From contig CAVUHW010000024.1 of NCBI GenBank assembly GCA_963741205.1, positions 1 to 25,854 of the forward strand: a DNA stretch of 25,854 nt. The letters are read 5' to 3'. Position numbers and translations under genes: made by a program. This DNA comes from Nitrospirota bacterium (GTDB lineage Bacteria; Nitrospirota; UBA9217). Each line of letters begins with the position of its first letter. Position 1 is the first letter of the stretch. The notes beneath the pieces were generated by a model that saw only the letters and a list, made by a program, of their open reading frames with translations, was not told where the DNA came from and made no database searches. Shown here piece after piece: positions 1-8,658 of the stretch.

Positions 1-1420
1 AAACGGAACGTCACCCGGTCGCCTACGGTCCTCATAGCCCCCGACAAGTATCGCCTCCGTTACACCGGCGCTCCGGTCGGCGAAGAGGGCCGCTCCTTCC
101 TGGTAGCCATCCTGATGGCGTCCACCGGGAAGACCGTTCTGACCGAAGAAGCGCTGGCAAAGATCAACGACCAGATCCGGGAGAAACGGGACATCCAGGT
201 CTTCGTGAGCCCCACGTGCCCCTATTGTCCGCAGCAGGTCATGTCCGCGTTTTCCGCCGCAATCGTCAACCCCGCCATGATTTCGGCCGAGACCGTCGAG
301 ATCTACGAGAACCAGGACCTTGCGGAGATCCTCGGCTCGCTCGCCGTGCCGCAGACGTTTATCAACAGCACGTTCACCGGCGCCGGCGACCAGCGGAGCC
401 ATGGTTCGCCGAGACCCTGCTCTCCCTCAAGGAGCCCCAGGTCGCCTCAACGAAGAACTCGGGCGAGCCGGTGGAAAAGGACCTCGTCATCATCGGCGGC
501 GGACCCGCAGGGCTCACCGCGGCGATCTACGCTGTGCGCGCGGGGCTCAACAGCATCGTGATCGAGAAAAGCAACCTGGGCGGCCAGGTTGCATCACGCC
601 CGTGGTCGAGAACTACCCGGGGTTCATGCGTATCGGCGGGAAGAGTCTCGTGGACCTCATTGCACAGCAGGCCGCCCAGTACTGCGAGATCCACGTCGGC
701 GAATACGTGACGGAAACGCGAAGACCGGCAAGGACGGAGGTCTCGCTCAAGACGAACCATGCCATCTACAACACGAAAGGTCTGATCATCGCAACGGGAG
801 TCGCCAACCGGGCGCTCGAAGCAAAGGGCGCGCAGAGGTTCTACGGCAGGGGCGTAAGCTACTGCGCCACCTGCGACGGGTACTTTTTCAAGGACGGGAA
901 GCCGGTGATCGTGGTCGGCGGCGGCAACACGGCCGTCACGGACGCGCTCTATCTCCAAATTCGGCGCGAAGGTGACCCTGGTACACTGGCGGGATTCGCT
1001 CCGGGCCGAGCCGCGGCTCCAGGAGAGTTTAAAGCAGTCGGGGATTCCGGTGCTGTGGGACAGCGAGGTGCGCGAGATCTCCGGCGACAAGATCGTCAAG
1101 GCCGTCAAGATCGAGGACAAAAAATCCGGGAAGAGTCAGGAACTGCCGTGGACGGCGTGTTCGTCGCCATCGGGTATGTCCCGAACAACGAGCTCGCAAA
1201 GCAGCTCGGACTCGAACTCGACGATCAGGGATACATCAAGACGGACCTCATGACCATGCGGACATCCATGCCCGGCGTCTACGCGGCGGGCGATATCACC
1301 GGCGCGCCGAAGCAGATCGCCGTAGCCGTGTCGCACGGCTCCATCGCCGCGATGACCGCCTTCGAGGACCTAACGGCCCCCGAAGGTGTGAAGACGGAAG
1401 CCGTGCTGAAGAGTTCGTGA
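1..1420 (+). CDS. AhpF-like disulfide reductase (N-terminal glutaredoxin/PDO-like domain + thioredoxin reductase domain); 5' end outside window; about 4 frameshifts, likely sequencing indels
   Basis: Stitching frames gives [10 protein letters not shown]...[23 protein letters not shown] (CxxC), [17 protein letters not shown] (FAD), [18 protein letters not shown] (redox CxxC), VVGGGNTA (NAD(P)H) and GVYAAGD. Frame changes near 394, 591, 958 and 1148. Confidence 0.9.
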
Positions 1421-1548
1421 AACTGCGGTCATGATCCTCTAAATTGCAGTTCGGACACGGAAAAATCGGATGAAAATCTAATCGAGGCGGAAGAAACCAG
1501 ATTCAAAACTCCTCATTTAACCCGGACAAGCTGGAACCAAAATCTTGA

Positions 1549-1644
1549 AACCGCAAGGCGCCAAGGACGCGAGGAGAGCTAAAGATTCTGACGGGTTTAA
1601 AGACCGGGAGTCCGTTTTTTTTGCGTCCTTCGCGCCTTCGCCGT
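1549..1644. repeat. Imperfect inverted repeat built from ~9-nt units, between convergent reductase and lemA genes
   Basis: aaccgcaaggcgccaaggacgcga (1549-1572) pairs with ttgcgtccttcgcgccttcgccgt (1621-1644). Confidence 0.7.
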
Positions 1645-1653
1645 AAATTTTCA

Positions 1654-2227
1654 TCAGAACTTCACTTTCGGGGCTCTTTTTCCGCCTGGGGAATCTCGTA
1701 ATACTGCGCTTCATTCACGCCTGCCAGGGAAGCGAAGAACTTTCCGAACACCGTCCTCCGGTAGGTATTGAGCGTTTCACATCGTCATTATATCGTTTTC
1801 GTTCGACGGCGATCCTGTTTTCAGTGCCTTCGAGCGTGTCTTGCAGCTTTAGAAAGTTCTCGTTTGCCTTGAGTTGCGGATAGGTCTCCTGGAGCACCAG
1901 AAGCCGGGAGAGAAATCCCTCGAGCTGCTGGGACGCCTGGATCTTCTCCTTCACCGTGTTCGCCGCGAAATATTTCGTCCTGGCATCGGCCAAGTGTTCG
2001 AAAATCTCCTGCTCATGTTTTGTGTATCCCTTGACCGTCTCCACGAGGTTCGGGATCAGGTCGTACCGCCGCTTCAACTGGTTTTCAACCTGGGCCCACT
2101 GCGATTTCACCTGCTCGTCCATGGCCACTACCTGGTTGTACTGCCCCATGCCGTACATAACGGCCATGATCGCGATCAACGCGATAACCGCGAGAGTGAT
2201 CAACCCTGTCTTTGCTCCGTTGTTCAT
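1654..2227 (-). CDS. lemA: LemA family protein (two 3' frameshifts; true end probably ...PKVKF* at 1654)
   Basis: N-terminal TM helix, WAQVENQLKRRYDLIPNLVETVKGY, ETYPQLKANENF, TENRIAVERKRYN. Shifting near 1776 and 1674 restores LNTYRRTVFGKFFASLAG...YYEIPQAEKE-APKVKF*. Confidence 0.92.
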
Positions 2228-2315
2228 GATGACCTCCTGATTTACCCTATCTTTGGTTTTAAGCTAATGATATTTTTTCGCAAAACTTAGCACATTTGCG
2301 CGACTGTTCGGGTTT

Positions 2316-2374
2316 GTTACGAGTTGCGAGTTGCCGGTTGCGAGTTAAACCCGCAACACCCGCAATCCCGCAAC
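2316..2374. repeat. Heptamer tandem repeat followed by its complement (hairpin)
   Basis: gttacga gttgcga gttgccg gttgcga gtt-aaac-ccgcaac acccgcaat cccgcaac, between the TPM gene stop and the lemA start. Confidence 0.8.
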
Positions 2375-2386
2375 GGTGTTTTCCCT

Positions 2387-3175
2387 CTACCACCCTCCTG
2401 ACGCTCCGCCGCCACCGCCGCTTCCGCCTCCCCCTCCGCCGAAGCCGCCTCCTCCACCGAAGCCTCCTCCGCCCCCGCCGGACCAGCCGCCCCGCCCCCC
2501 TCCCATTTGGGAAGCCAAAAGAAGCAAAAGGCACTGCTGGGGGTGCGTAATGAACAGAACGAGGGCCACAAGAATGAGAATGCCGAACACAACAGCCTGA
2601 AACATCCCGATGGGTTTTCGGGTTTGCGCGCCCCGGGGCTGCTGCATCGCGGGCATCCCGGTGATGCTTACGCCTTCCTGCGAAGCAATCGTATTAGCCA
2701 CGGCGAGCGTGGCGGCGTAGATCCCGGCGCCGTAGTCGCCTTTTCTGAAGTAGGGGACCAGATATTCCCGCCCGATCGTACCAACGAGGCTGTCGGGCAA
2801 TATGCCTTCGAGTCCATAGCCGATCTCAAGACGGTACTTCCGGTCCTGCACGGCGACGACCATGAGTACTCCGTTGTCTTTGCCCTTTTGGCCGAGCTTC
2901 CATTTTTCCTTGGTATTGAACGTGAATTCCTCGATTGCCTGTCCGTCGAGGCTCTGGACCGTAAGGACGAGCACCTGGGCCGTGGTCTTCTGCTCAAGCT
3001 CCCTGAGGTAGGCATTCAGCCGGGCCTGCACCTCATCCGGGACCACGCCAGCAAGATCGACAACGTAGTCGCGCGGCATTGCCGGCGGCTGCGGCGTCGA
3101 GGCCGCGGCAAGGGAGGCGCAGACGGCCACGAGAAGGAGCGCCGCAATGAAGGCCCGTTTAATTATGGAGTGCAT
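2387..3175 (-). CDS. TPM-domain (YgcG/MOLO-1-like) membrane protein with Gly-rich tail
   Basis: Signal peptide after MHSIIKR (ATG 3175), YVVDLAGV, WKLGQKGKDNGVL, RLEIGYGLEGILPD, TM helix, then the FGGGGG...GGGGASGGW terminus typical of this family. Confidence 0.9.
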   Translation of the reverse strand: MHSIIKRAFIAALLLVAVCASLAAASTPQPPAMPRDYVVDLAGVVPDEVQARLNAYLRELEQKTTAQVLVLTVQSLDGQAIEEFTFNTKEKWKLGQKGKDNGVLMVVAVQDRKYRLEIGYGLEGILPDSLVGTIGREYLVPYFRKGDYGAGIYAATLAVANTIASQEGVSITGMPAMQQPRGAQTRKPIGMFQAVVFGILILVALVLFITHPQQCLLLLLASQMGGGRGGWSGGGGGGFGGGGGFGGGGGGSGGGGGASGGW

Positions 3176-3905
3176 CGATGATCTTTCCCGTGGACTCAAG
3201 CGCAAGGTAGTAGCGTTCGAAGAGCGTGTGCAGTTCATGCTCTTTCGGCTTGATCAGGCCGGTCTTGAGCATGAGGAGCTTTTGGAATATGTCGGTGTCA
3301 AGGCCTGTTGCCGCGCCGAGCCTTGTTATCACTTCAGTCCTGGGGACCGGCGATTCCTTGCCCAGTAGAACAATGATCGCCCGGAAGAGGGCCATGGAAC
3401 CGGTTATGGACCTGACGAGGGCCTCTTCGAGAGGCGTCTTCTTCCCGAGGGAAGAGATATATCCCTGCCTCACATTGATCAGTTTGATCTTTACCTCGCG
3501 CTCGCACTGCAGCCTGAGGTTCTTTCCGTCGATCTCAAGGCCCCGCAGGATGTCTTCGCCGAACACGGTTTTATGGATGAGCTTGAAGTCGAGGAATTCG
3601 ATCGGAAAGGCGTCGAGAGAGCTCGCGATGTACTCGGGCGTCATGACGAGAGGCGCGGCGATCCGTTTCTTTCCGTACTTCTTTCCGAGCGGCGCCAGGA
3701 AGGAGAGGAACCGTAAATCCATGGAATGAAGGACGACAACGGAATTGATGTCCGACAGCTTTTCGCTATAATCGGGGAGCACGGCGCTGCCCACGACGTG
3801 GAAGGAGTGGATGTTCGAGGCGTGCCCGCCGAGGAGGTCCTCGACCATGGGTGAAAGCTTTTCCGAAACGGCCGGATTGAGTCCGGTAAAGTCGAGGTTG
3901 TTCAT
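3159..3905 (-). CDS. Nucleotidyltransferase-fold protein commonly found with lemA/TPM genes
   Basis: VVGSAV...SDIN pol-beta-like motif; DAFPIEFLDFK...GEDIL; LRLQCERE. Likely start MNNLDF at 3905. Confidence 0.75.
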   Translation of the reverse strand: MNNLDFTGLNPAVSEKLSPMVEDLLGGHASNIHSFHVVGSAVLPDYSEKLSDINSVVVLHSMDLRFLSFLAPLGKKYGKKRIAAPLVMTPEYIASSLDAFPIEFLDFKLIHKTVFGEDILRGLEIDGKNLRLQCEREVKIKLINVRQGYISSLGKKTPLEEALVRSITGSMALFRAIIVLLGKESPVPRTEVITRLGAATGLDTDIFQKLLMLKTGLIKPKEHELHTLFERYYLALESTGKIIDALHN

Positions 3906-3914
3906 AGTGGCGCT

Positions 3915-3923
3915 ATTATAGCA
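3915..3923 (-). promoter_or_regulatory. Extended -10 promoter (TGCTATAAT) for the NTase-TPM-lemA operon; near-leaderless mRNA
   Basis: Minus strand reads tgctataat-agcgccact-ATG(3905). No Shine-Dalgarno sequence in the 9-nt gap. Confidence 0.6.
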
Positions 3924-4014
3924 TAGGTATAGTATCAGCACAATGCAACAAGAGGCTCGCTTGTTTTTTCATGGAAACTGAGATATTCTTGCTAACATCT
4001 GAGGGAGGTGCCTT

Positions 4015-4551
4015 ATGGATGCTCTCGAAAAGAAGATCGGCAATAAAACCCTCCGGCTTGTATCGGCCGACCTCACGGAACGGGACGTCGACGCCATCGT
4101 GAACGCAGCGAACAGCCGGCTTCAGCACGGCGGAGGAGTCGCAGGCGCGATCGTCAGAAAAGGCGGCCGGGTGATCCAGGACGAGAGCGACAAGATCGGG
4201 TTTGTGCCCGTGGGCAGCGCTGTGATCACGACGGCCGGGAAACTAAAAGCCCGCTATATCATTCACGCCGTGGGCCCCCGGATGGGGGAGGGAGATGAGG
4301 ACAGTAAACTGAAGAGCGCGATCAACTGCGTTCTCACGCTTGCTGCCGGGGAAAAGCTGAAAAGCATTTCGGTCCCGGCCATCAGCGCGGGGATTTTCGG
4401 CTTCCCCAAGGACCGGTGCGCGAAGATCCTGGTAGGCGAGACGGCTGCATTCCTGAAAGACAACGCTGCTTCCTCGCTCGAACTCGTCGAGTTCTGCATC
4501 TTCGATCAGGACGCATACGGGTATTTCAAGGGAGAGATCGAGAAGATGTGA
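4015..4551 (+). CDS. Macro domain protein (O-acetyl-ADP-ribose deacetylase / ADP-ribosylhydrolase, YmdB-like)
   Basis: DAIVNAAN, HGGGVAGAI, IIHAVGP, PAISAGIFGFP; RBS ggaggt upstream. Confidence 0.93.
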   Translation: MDALEKKIGNKTLRLVSADLTERDVDAIVNAANSRLQHGGGVAGAIVRKGGRVIQDESDKIGFVPVGSAVITTAGKLKARYIIHAVGPRMGEGDEDSKLKSAINCVLTLAAGEKLKSISVPAISAGIFGFPKDRCAKILVGETAAFLKDNAASSLELVEFCIFDQDAYGYFKGEIEKM

Positions 4552-4666
4552 TCGGCCGCGCATTGTACGAATGACTTCGGTCCCTCGACAACAGGACAAT
4601 CACGTCCAACCCGTTGGCAGCCGGCTTGCTGCCCTGACTTCATGAAGAAATAAGCGAGGAGTTACT

Positions 4667-5404
4667 GTGGAATGGCTGACTGACCCCCAGGCATGGATAG
4701 CGCTCCTGACACTGACGGCGCTCGAGATTATACTCGGCGTCGATAATATCATCTTCATCACGGTCCTCGTGGGCAGGCTCCCGGACCGGCAAAGGGACAA
4801 GGCCCGGGTCCTGGGGCTTGGACTCGCCATGTTCACCCGCATCGCCCTCCTGCTGTCCATCGTGTGGGTCATGAGGCTGACGGCTCCGCTCTTCGCCGTT
4901 TCTTCACGGGCGATCTCCGGCAGGGACCTCATCCTCATCATCGGGGGCCTGTTCCTGATCTGGAAAAGCACGATCGAGATCCATGACAGTCTCGAGGGGG
5001 CGTCCGAAGAAGAAGGGGGCAGCAAGGCTGTTGCGGGGTTCGTCTCCGTCCTGGTACAGATCGCGATCCTCGACATCATTTTTTCGCTCGATTCGGTGAT
5101 CACCGCCGTCGGACTGGCGAACGAGGTGGCCGTGATGATCATCGCTATCGTCCTCGCCGTCATCGTGATGATGTTCTCGGCCCGGTCCATCGGCGCCTTC
5201 GTGGACAAACACCCCACCATCAAGATGCTCGCCCTCAGCTTTCTCGTCCTCATCGGCGTGACCCTGATCGCTGACGGCTTTGGCTTTCATGTGCCGAAGG
5301 GTTACATCTACTTTGCCATGGCCTTCTCCGTCGCCGTCGAACTGCTGAATATGAAGGTCCGCAGGAAAGCCCCTCCTGTGAAGCTTCACAAATCAATTGA
5401 ATGA
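4667..5404 (+). CDS. TerC family integral membrane protein
   Basis: LEIILGVDNIIFI, LDIIFSLDSVITAVG, FVDKHPTIKMLALSFL, KGYIYFAMAFS; GTG start with gagga RBS. Confidence 0.93.
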   Translation: MEWLTDPQAWIALLTLTALEIILGVDNIIFITVLVGRLPDRQRDKARVLGLGLAMFTRIALLLSIVWVMRLTAPLFAVSSRAISGRDLILIIGGLFLIWKSTIEIHDSLEGASEEEGGSKAVAGFVSVLVQIAILDIIFSLDSVITAVGLANEVAVMIIAIVLAVIVMMFSARSIGAFVDKHPTIKMLALSFLVLIGVTLIADGFGFHVPKGYIYFAMAFSVAVELLNMKVRRKAPPVKLHKSIE

Positions 5405-5411
5405 TTGCTGC

Positions 5412-5466
5412 CTTGCCCCTCTTCTTTATCCTCTCCCCGGAGGGGAGAGGGTTGGGTGAGGGGGGA
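5412..5466. repeat. BoxC-like palindromic repeat
   Basis: cctctcccc-gga-ggggagagg-gttgggtgaggggg directly downstream of the terC stop. Confidence 0.65.
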
Positions 5467-5503
5467 CTTTCCGGGATGCAATATTGATTATCCTGGAAAG
5501 AGT

Positions 5504-5643
5504 AGTTGGACGCGGATTTACGCTGATGCACGCAGATATTCAAGAGCTTGAATCACTGTGTCAAGTCGCCTTTTCGGTGAATGCCAAATTGCAATTATCT
5601 TTTTGGTTTATCGGCGAAAATCTGCGTTCATCTGCGTCCAACT
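5504..5643. repeat. Inverted repeat built from 10-nt periodic units
   Basis: agttggacgcggat ttacgctgat gcacgcagat (5504-5537) versus atcggcgaaa atctgcgttc atctgcgtcc aact (5610-5643). Confidence 0.8.
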
Positions 5644-5706
5644 TTCGTCCTTAGGGTTATTTACATCTTGGGGCATCGTTTTAACCGCTTGCTTTACCTT
5701 TTGAAT

Positions 5707-5724
5707 TGGTCTATATTTAGATCA
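5707..5724. promoter_or_regulatory. Putative toxin-antitoxin autorepression operator
   Basis: tggtcta-tatt-tagatca near-palindrome about 30 nt upstream of the antitoxin start. Confidence 0.45.
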
Positions 5725-5753
5725 GTAAATATGCCTGAATTAGGAGCTGCCCC

Positions 5754-6037
5754 GTGAAAACGATCTCCATCAAAAACGATATCGTCCCCATTGCCGAATT
5801 CAAGACCAGCATCTCCAAATGGTTCAAAAGCCTCCAGAGTACAGGGCATCCCGTGATCATTACCCAGAACGGCAAGCCTGCCGGGGTGCTCCTGTCGCCG
5901 GAAGACTATGACGAATTGGTATACAGAAAGGCATTTCTTGATTCCGTCGGCAGGGGATTGCGGATGCCGATAGCGGGAGAACCTACTCTGCGAAAGAGCT
6001 CAGGGCCGCCTTATCTTCCGGAAGAGCCAGGGAATAA
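5754..6037 (+). CDS. Phd/YefM family antitoxin (probable indel near 5960)
   Basis: IVPIAEFK, PVIITQNGKPAGVLLSPEDYD. A shift at 5960 gives GLADADSGRTYSAKELRAAL...RE* ending 6037, just before the toxin ATG. Confidence 0.88.
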
Positions 6038-6043
6038 GCCCTC

Positions 6044-6343
6044 ATGAAGATACTCTGGACCCGTGAAGCCCTCCGGCAATTGACGGAAATCGAGGATTTC
6101 ATAGCAAAAGACTCCGCGGAGCGGGCTGCAAAATTTGTCGATGAGCTCGTAGCGCATGCAGAGGCTGTGCTGCCCGGCGAACCTCGCATCGGAAGAACGG
6201 TGCCGGAAATTTCCAATCCCGACATAAGGGAGTTGATTTTCAATAAATATCGAATTGTCTACAGAATAAACAAGAACAATGTGGAAATATTGACCGTCTT
6301 CGAAGGACACCGGTTGTTGAGGGTTGATGAGGTTGATCGTTGA
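6044..6343 (+). CDS. RelE/ParE family toxin
   Basis: MKILWTREALRQLTEIEDFIAKDS...P.IGR.VPE...IRELIF..YRIVYR...VEILTVF.GHR; directly after the antitoxin. Confidence 0.9.
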   Translation: MKILWTREALRQLTEIEDFIAKDSAERAAKFVDELVAHAEAVLPGEPRIGRTVPEISNPDIRELIFNKYRIVYRINKNNVEILTVFEGHRLLRVDEVDR

Positions 6344-6406
6344 ACGGACAATGATGAAGCAATACGGCGGGGTAGCAAGGAAACCGTTGGTAAGAAAAGG
6401 TATGAG

Positions 6407-6814
6407 GTGCTGAAGATGTTGACAAGAACCATTTTTGCCGCGTTCGTTTTGATGGTGTGCATTTCGTCCGCTGCTGCCGAAGAACGGCTGGGCGTCGCCG
6501 TGTACCCCGGAGCGAAATACGATCAAGCCAGGACGAAGCAGCTCAGGGAGTCCATGTCTGTCCGGGGAGCGGCATACCGGACCAGCGCCAATATCGCGGA
6601 AGTCGTCGAATTTTACAAGAAACAGGGGCTCCTGTTCCTGAAGATCGGAAGCACATCAAAAGAAACCGCGCGTTTCAAAAAAGTCGATACCGACGTAGAC
6701 GTGGTTGTCCAGAGCCCTTGGCAGGATGCAAAGACCGGCGCGACGATGACGGACACGCTCATTATGATATTCAAGAAAGAGGAGAAGGGGCAGAAGCCGG
6801 ATTTATCGATCTGA
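6407..6814 (+). CDS. Hypothetical exported protein
   Basis: Signal peptide ending in AAA, then LGVAVYPGAK and an EVVEFYKK motif; coding-like codon usage. Confidence 0.7.
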   Translation: MLKMLTRTIFAAFVLMVCISSAAAEERLGVAVYPGAKYDQARTKQLRESMSVRGAAYRTSANIAEVVEFYKKQGLLFLKIGSTSKETARFKKVDTDVDVVVQSPWQDAKTGATMTDTLIMIFKKEEKGQKPDLSI

Positions 6815-6929
6815 AGATAAGAACATAAGTAAGAAGGAAGAAGTAAGAAGGAAGAAATAAGAAATAAGAAGTAAGAAATAAAGATAGTAAGAAATAGAAA
6901 TTAAACTTCATACTTCATCCTTCTTACTT
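6815..6929. repeat. Purine-rich heptamer tandem (AAGTAAG/AAGGAAG/AAATAAG) plus short complementary arm, copy 1
   Basis: About 10 units at 6827-6896 followed by cttcata cttcatc cttctta ctt. Confidence 0.85.
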
Positions 6930-6936
6930 GAAGTAC

Positions 6937-7122
6937 TTAGTCCCGCACATTTACCACGAAGATAATGATCCAGAAGCAAAGGACAAAAGTTGCGGCCCCC
7001 CGGTAGATCTGCTCCAGGTTCCAGGGACCTGACGGCGTATTCAGCAATCTGAAAGGGTAGATCCAATAAGCCAGCGGCAGGCCAATAACGATGATCGCGA
7101 TCCGGATGTAGCGGGCTTTCAT
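6937..7122 (-). CDS. Small two-TM membrane protein (61 aa)
   Basis: Two hydrophobic stretches (IAIIVIGLPLAYWIY; AATFVLCFWIIIFVV); a TATAAT lies about 22 nt upstream on the minus strand. Confidence 0.55.
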   Translation of the reverse strand: MKARYIRIAIIVIGLPLAYWIYPFRLLNTPSGPWNLEQIYRGAATFVLCFWIIIFVVNVRD

Positions 7123-7167
7123 ATGAATTCGGACCCCTGGAATTATTATAGATCATTTAGTACTTAT

Positions 7168-7225
7168 AAGTAAGAAGGAAGAAGTGAAGAAGGAAATTAA
7201 TATTTCATCTTCCTACTTCTTACTT
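7168..7225. repeat. Purine-rich heptamer hairpin, copy 2
   Basis: aagtaagaaggaagaagtgaagaaggaaat-taat-atttcatcttcctacttcttactt. Confidence 0.85.
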
Positions 7226-7244
7226 GTAGTATTCTGGAGGCCCT

Positions 7245-7814
7245 ATGAAACAGACCGTGGACAAGAATCTCTTCTGCCTGCCCTGGACTCAGACGCTCCT
7301 GGGCACACACGTGGACAACAGGGTGAACTTCATGGCCCTGGACTGGCTCACGCGCGTGAACTTCCAGCCCGCCATGCTCGGCATCTGCGTGAACAAGGGC
7401 CACGCCTCGAACGCGGCGATCCGGAAGACCGGCGAGTTCAGCGTCAATATCCCGACCGTGGACATGGTGGCCAAGACGGACTACTGCGGCATCGTATCGG
7501 GAAGCAAGGCGGACAAGTCGAAGCTCTTCGAGGTTTTTTACGGCGAGCTGAAGCAGGCGCCGCTCATCACCGAGTGCCCGCTCGCCCTGGAGTGCCGGCT
7601 CGTGCAGACCGTCGAGCTTCCCACGAACACGTTCTTCATCGCTGAGATCGTGAACATCTACTCCGAGGAAAAGTACCTGGAGAACGGCAAGCCGGACGTG
7701 AAGAAGATCCGGCCCTTCCTCCTGACCATGCCGGACAACCGGTTCTGGGCCGTCGGCGAACAGGTGGGGAACGCGTGGAAGGACGGGGTGAAGTTTAAGG
7801 AAGGGATGAAGTAG
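7245..7814 (+). CDS. Flavin reductase family protein (flavoredoxin-like)
   Basis: NFMALDW, PAMLGICVNKGHAS, GEFSVNIP, DYCGIVSG, APLITECPLALEC, FFIAEIV; RBS ggagg. Confidence 0.9.
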   Translation: MKQTVDKNLFCLPWTQTLLGTHVDNRVNFMALDWLTRVNFQPAMLGICVNKGHASNAAIRKTGEFSVNIPTVDMVAKTDYCGIVSGSKADKSKLFEVFYGELKQAPLITECPLALECRLVQTVELPTNTFFIAEIVNIYSEEKYLENGKPDVKKIRPFLLTMPDNRFWAVGEQVGNAWKDGVKFKEGMK

Positions 7815-7845
7815 TGGTGAGGGCAAGCCGACCAGCCTGACAAGG

Positions 7846-7867
7846 AAAGACCTGACACGGTGAGGTT
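7846..7867 (-). repeat. GGGTCAGGTCT-family motif
   Basis: Reverse complement aacctcaccgtgtcaggtcttt resembles the copy at 22419. Confidence 0.65.
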
Positions 7868-7915
7868 GTGACACTGTAGGGGTCCGTTCGCTTAACTCGT
7901 TGACAGGGAGGATCT

Positions 7916-8257
7916 ATGGCGTGGCTCATTCCCGCAGTAAAAGCGATCTTGCCTTACGTAAGTTCGATCGTTACAGCGGCGATTCCGGTTTTTACCACGC
8001 GAAAAAGCGATGAGGCCGCTGCAGCGCAAGCACAACTCCTGCAACAACAGATTGCCGAACTGCAATCTGCCGCCTCGAAAAATGCGGTGCACATTAAAGA
8101 ACTGGCCGAGCAGTTGCAAAAGACCATAACTGCCCTTGAGCAAGGAGCGTCACTCGCTGAATCGAGGTTCAGACGGACAGCCGCGCTTTGTATTGGAGCG
8201 ATCATTGTGTCATGTATTGCACTGGGCGTTTCGGTTATTGTATTGTTCGGTCGATAG
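7916..8257 (+). CDS. Hypothetical coiled-coil protein with C-terminal TM anchor
   Basis: RBS ggagg; Q/E/A-rich heptads (QQIAELQSAASKNAVHIKELAEQLQKTI); hydrophobic C-terminus. Confidence 0.75.
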   Translation: MAWLIPAVKAILPYVSSIVTAAIPVFTTRKSDEAAAAQAQLLQQQIAELQSAASKNAVHIKELAEQLQKTITALEQGASLAESRFRRTAALCIGAIIVSCIALGVSVIVLFGR

Positions 8258-8367
8258 CGCACCACTGCGGACAACACCGGTTGGGGGCGTTCTGCAAGGT
8301 TCTCATGGTTTAATTCGTTACTGAACCATCGGCAATTTGCTGAGAAGGAATACGGAAGACCAAAATA

Positions 8368-8430
8368 AAAGACCTGACACTGTAAGGGTCTGACACTGTA
8401 AGGGTCAAAACCTGACCCTGGCGGGGTTCC
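8368..8430 (-). repeat. Cluster of GGGTCAGGTCT-family motifs with a 16-bp tandem duplication
   Basis: aaagac-ctgacactgtaagggt-ctgacactgtaagggt-caaaacctgaccctggcggggttcc; the last part reverse-complements to ggaaccccgccagggtcaggttt. Confidence 0.75.
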
Positions 8431-8463
8431 TGCATAGTCGTTATAAATCAATGGAGGTACCAA

Positions 8464-8658
8464 ATGGCGGATAAAACGTCAACGATTTCCTGTCCGGAAT
8501 GCGGCGGTAAAGGTTCCATAACGTGTCCTGTCTGCCGCGGACAAGGAAGACAGTCCAGTTCGAATGCAGTTCAACGTCCTTGTCCGGATTGTCACGGTAC
8601 GGGGAAAAGTGTTTGTCCTCAGTGCCGGGGCGCTAAAAAAGTTACCAAAGAAAAATAA
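8464..8658 (+). CDS. Stand-alone DnaJ-type zinc finger protein (four CxxCxGxG repeats)
   Basis: CPECGGKG, CPVCRGQG, CPDCHGTG, CPQCRGAK; RBS ggaggt. Confidence 0.85.
   Translation: MADKTSTISCPECGGKGSITCPVCRGQGRQSSSNAVQRPCPDCHGTGKSVCPQCRGAKKVTKEK

Noticed and set aside
2376-2600. Proline-rich ORF on the plus strand
   Set aside because: Antisense shadow of the Gly-rich tail of the TPM protein.
4552-4666. yybP-ykoY (Mn) riboswitch upstream of terC
   Set aside because: Expected by gene family, but the GGGGAGUAG and conserved loop motifs are not visible.
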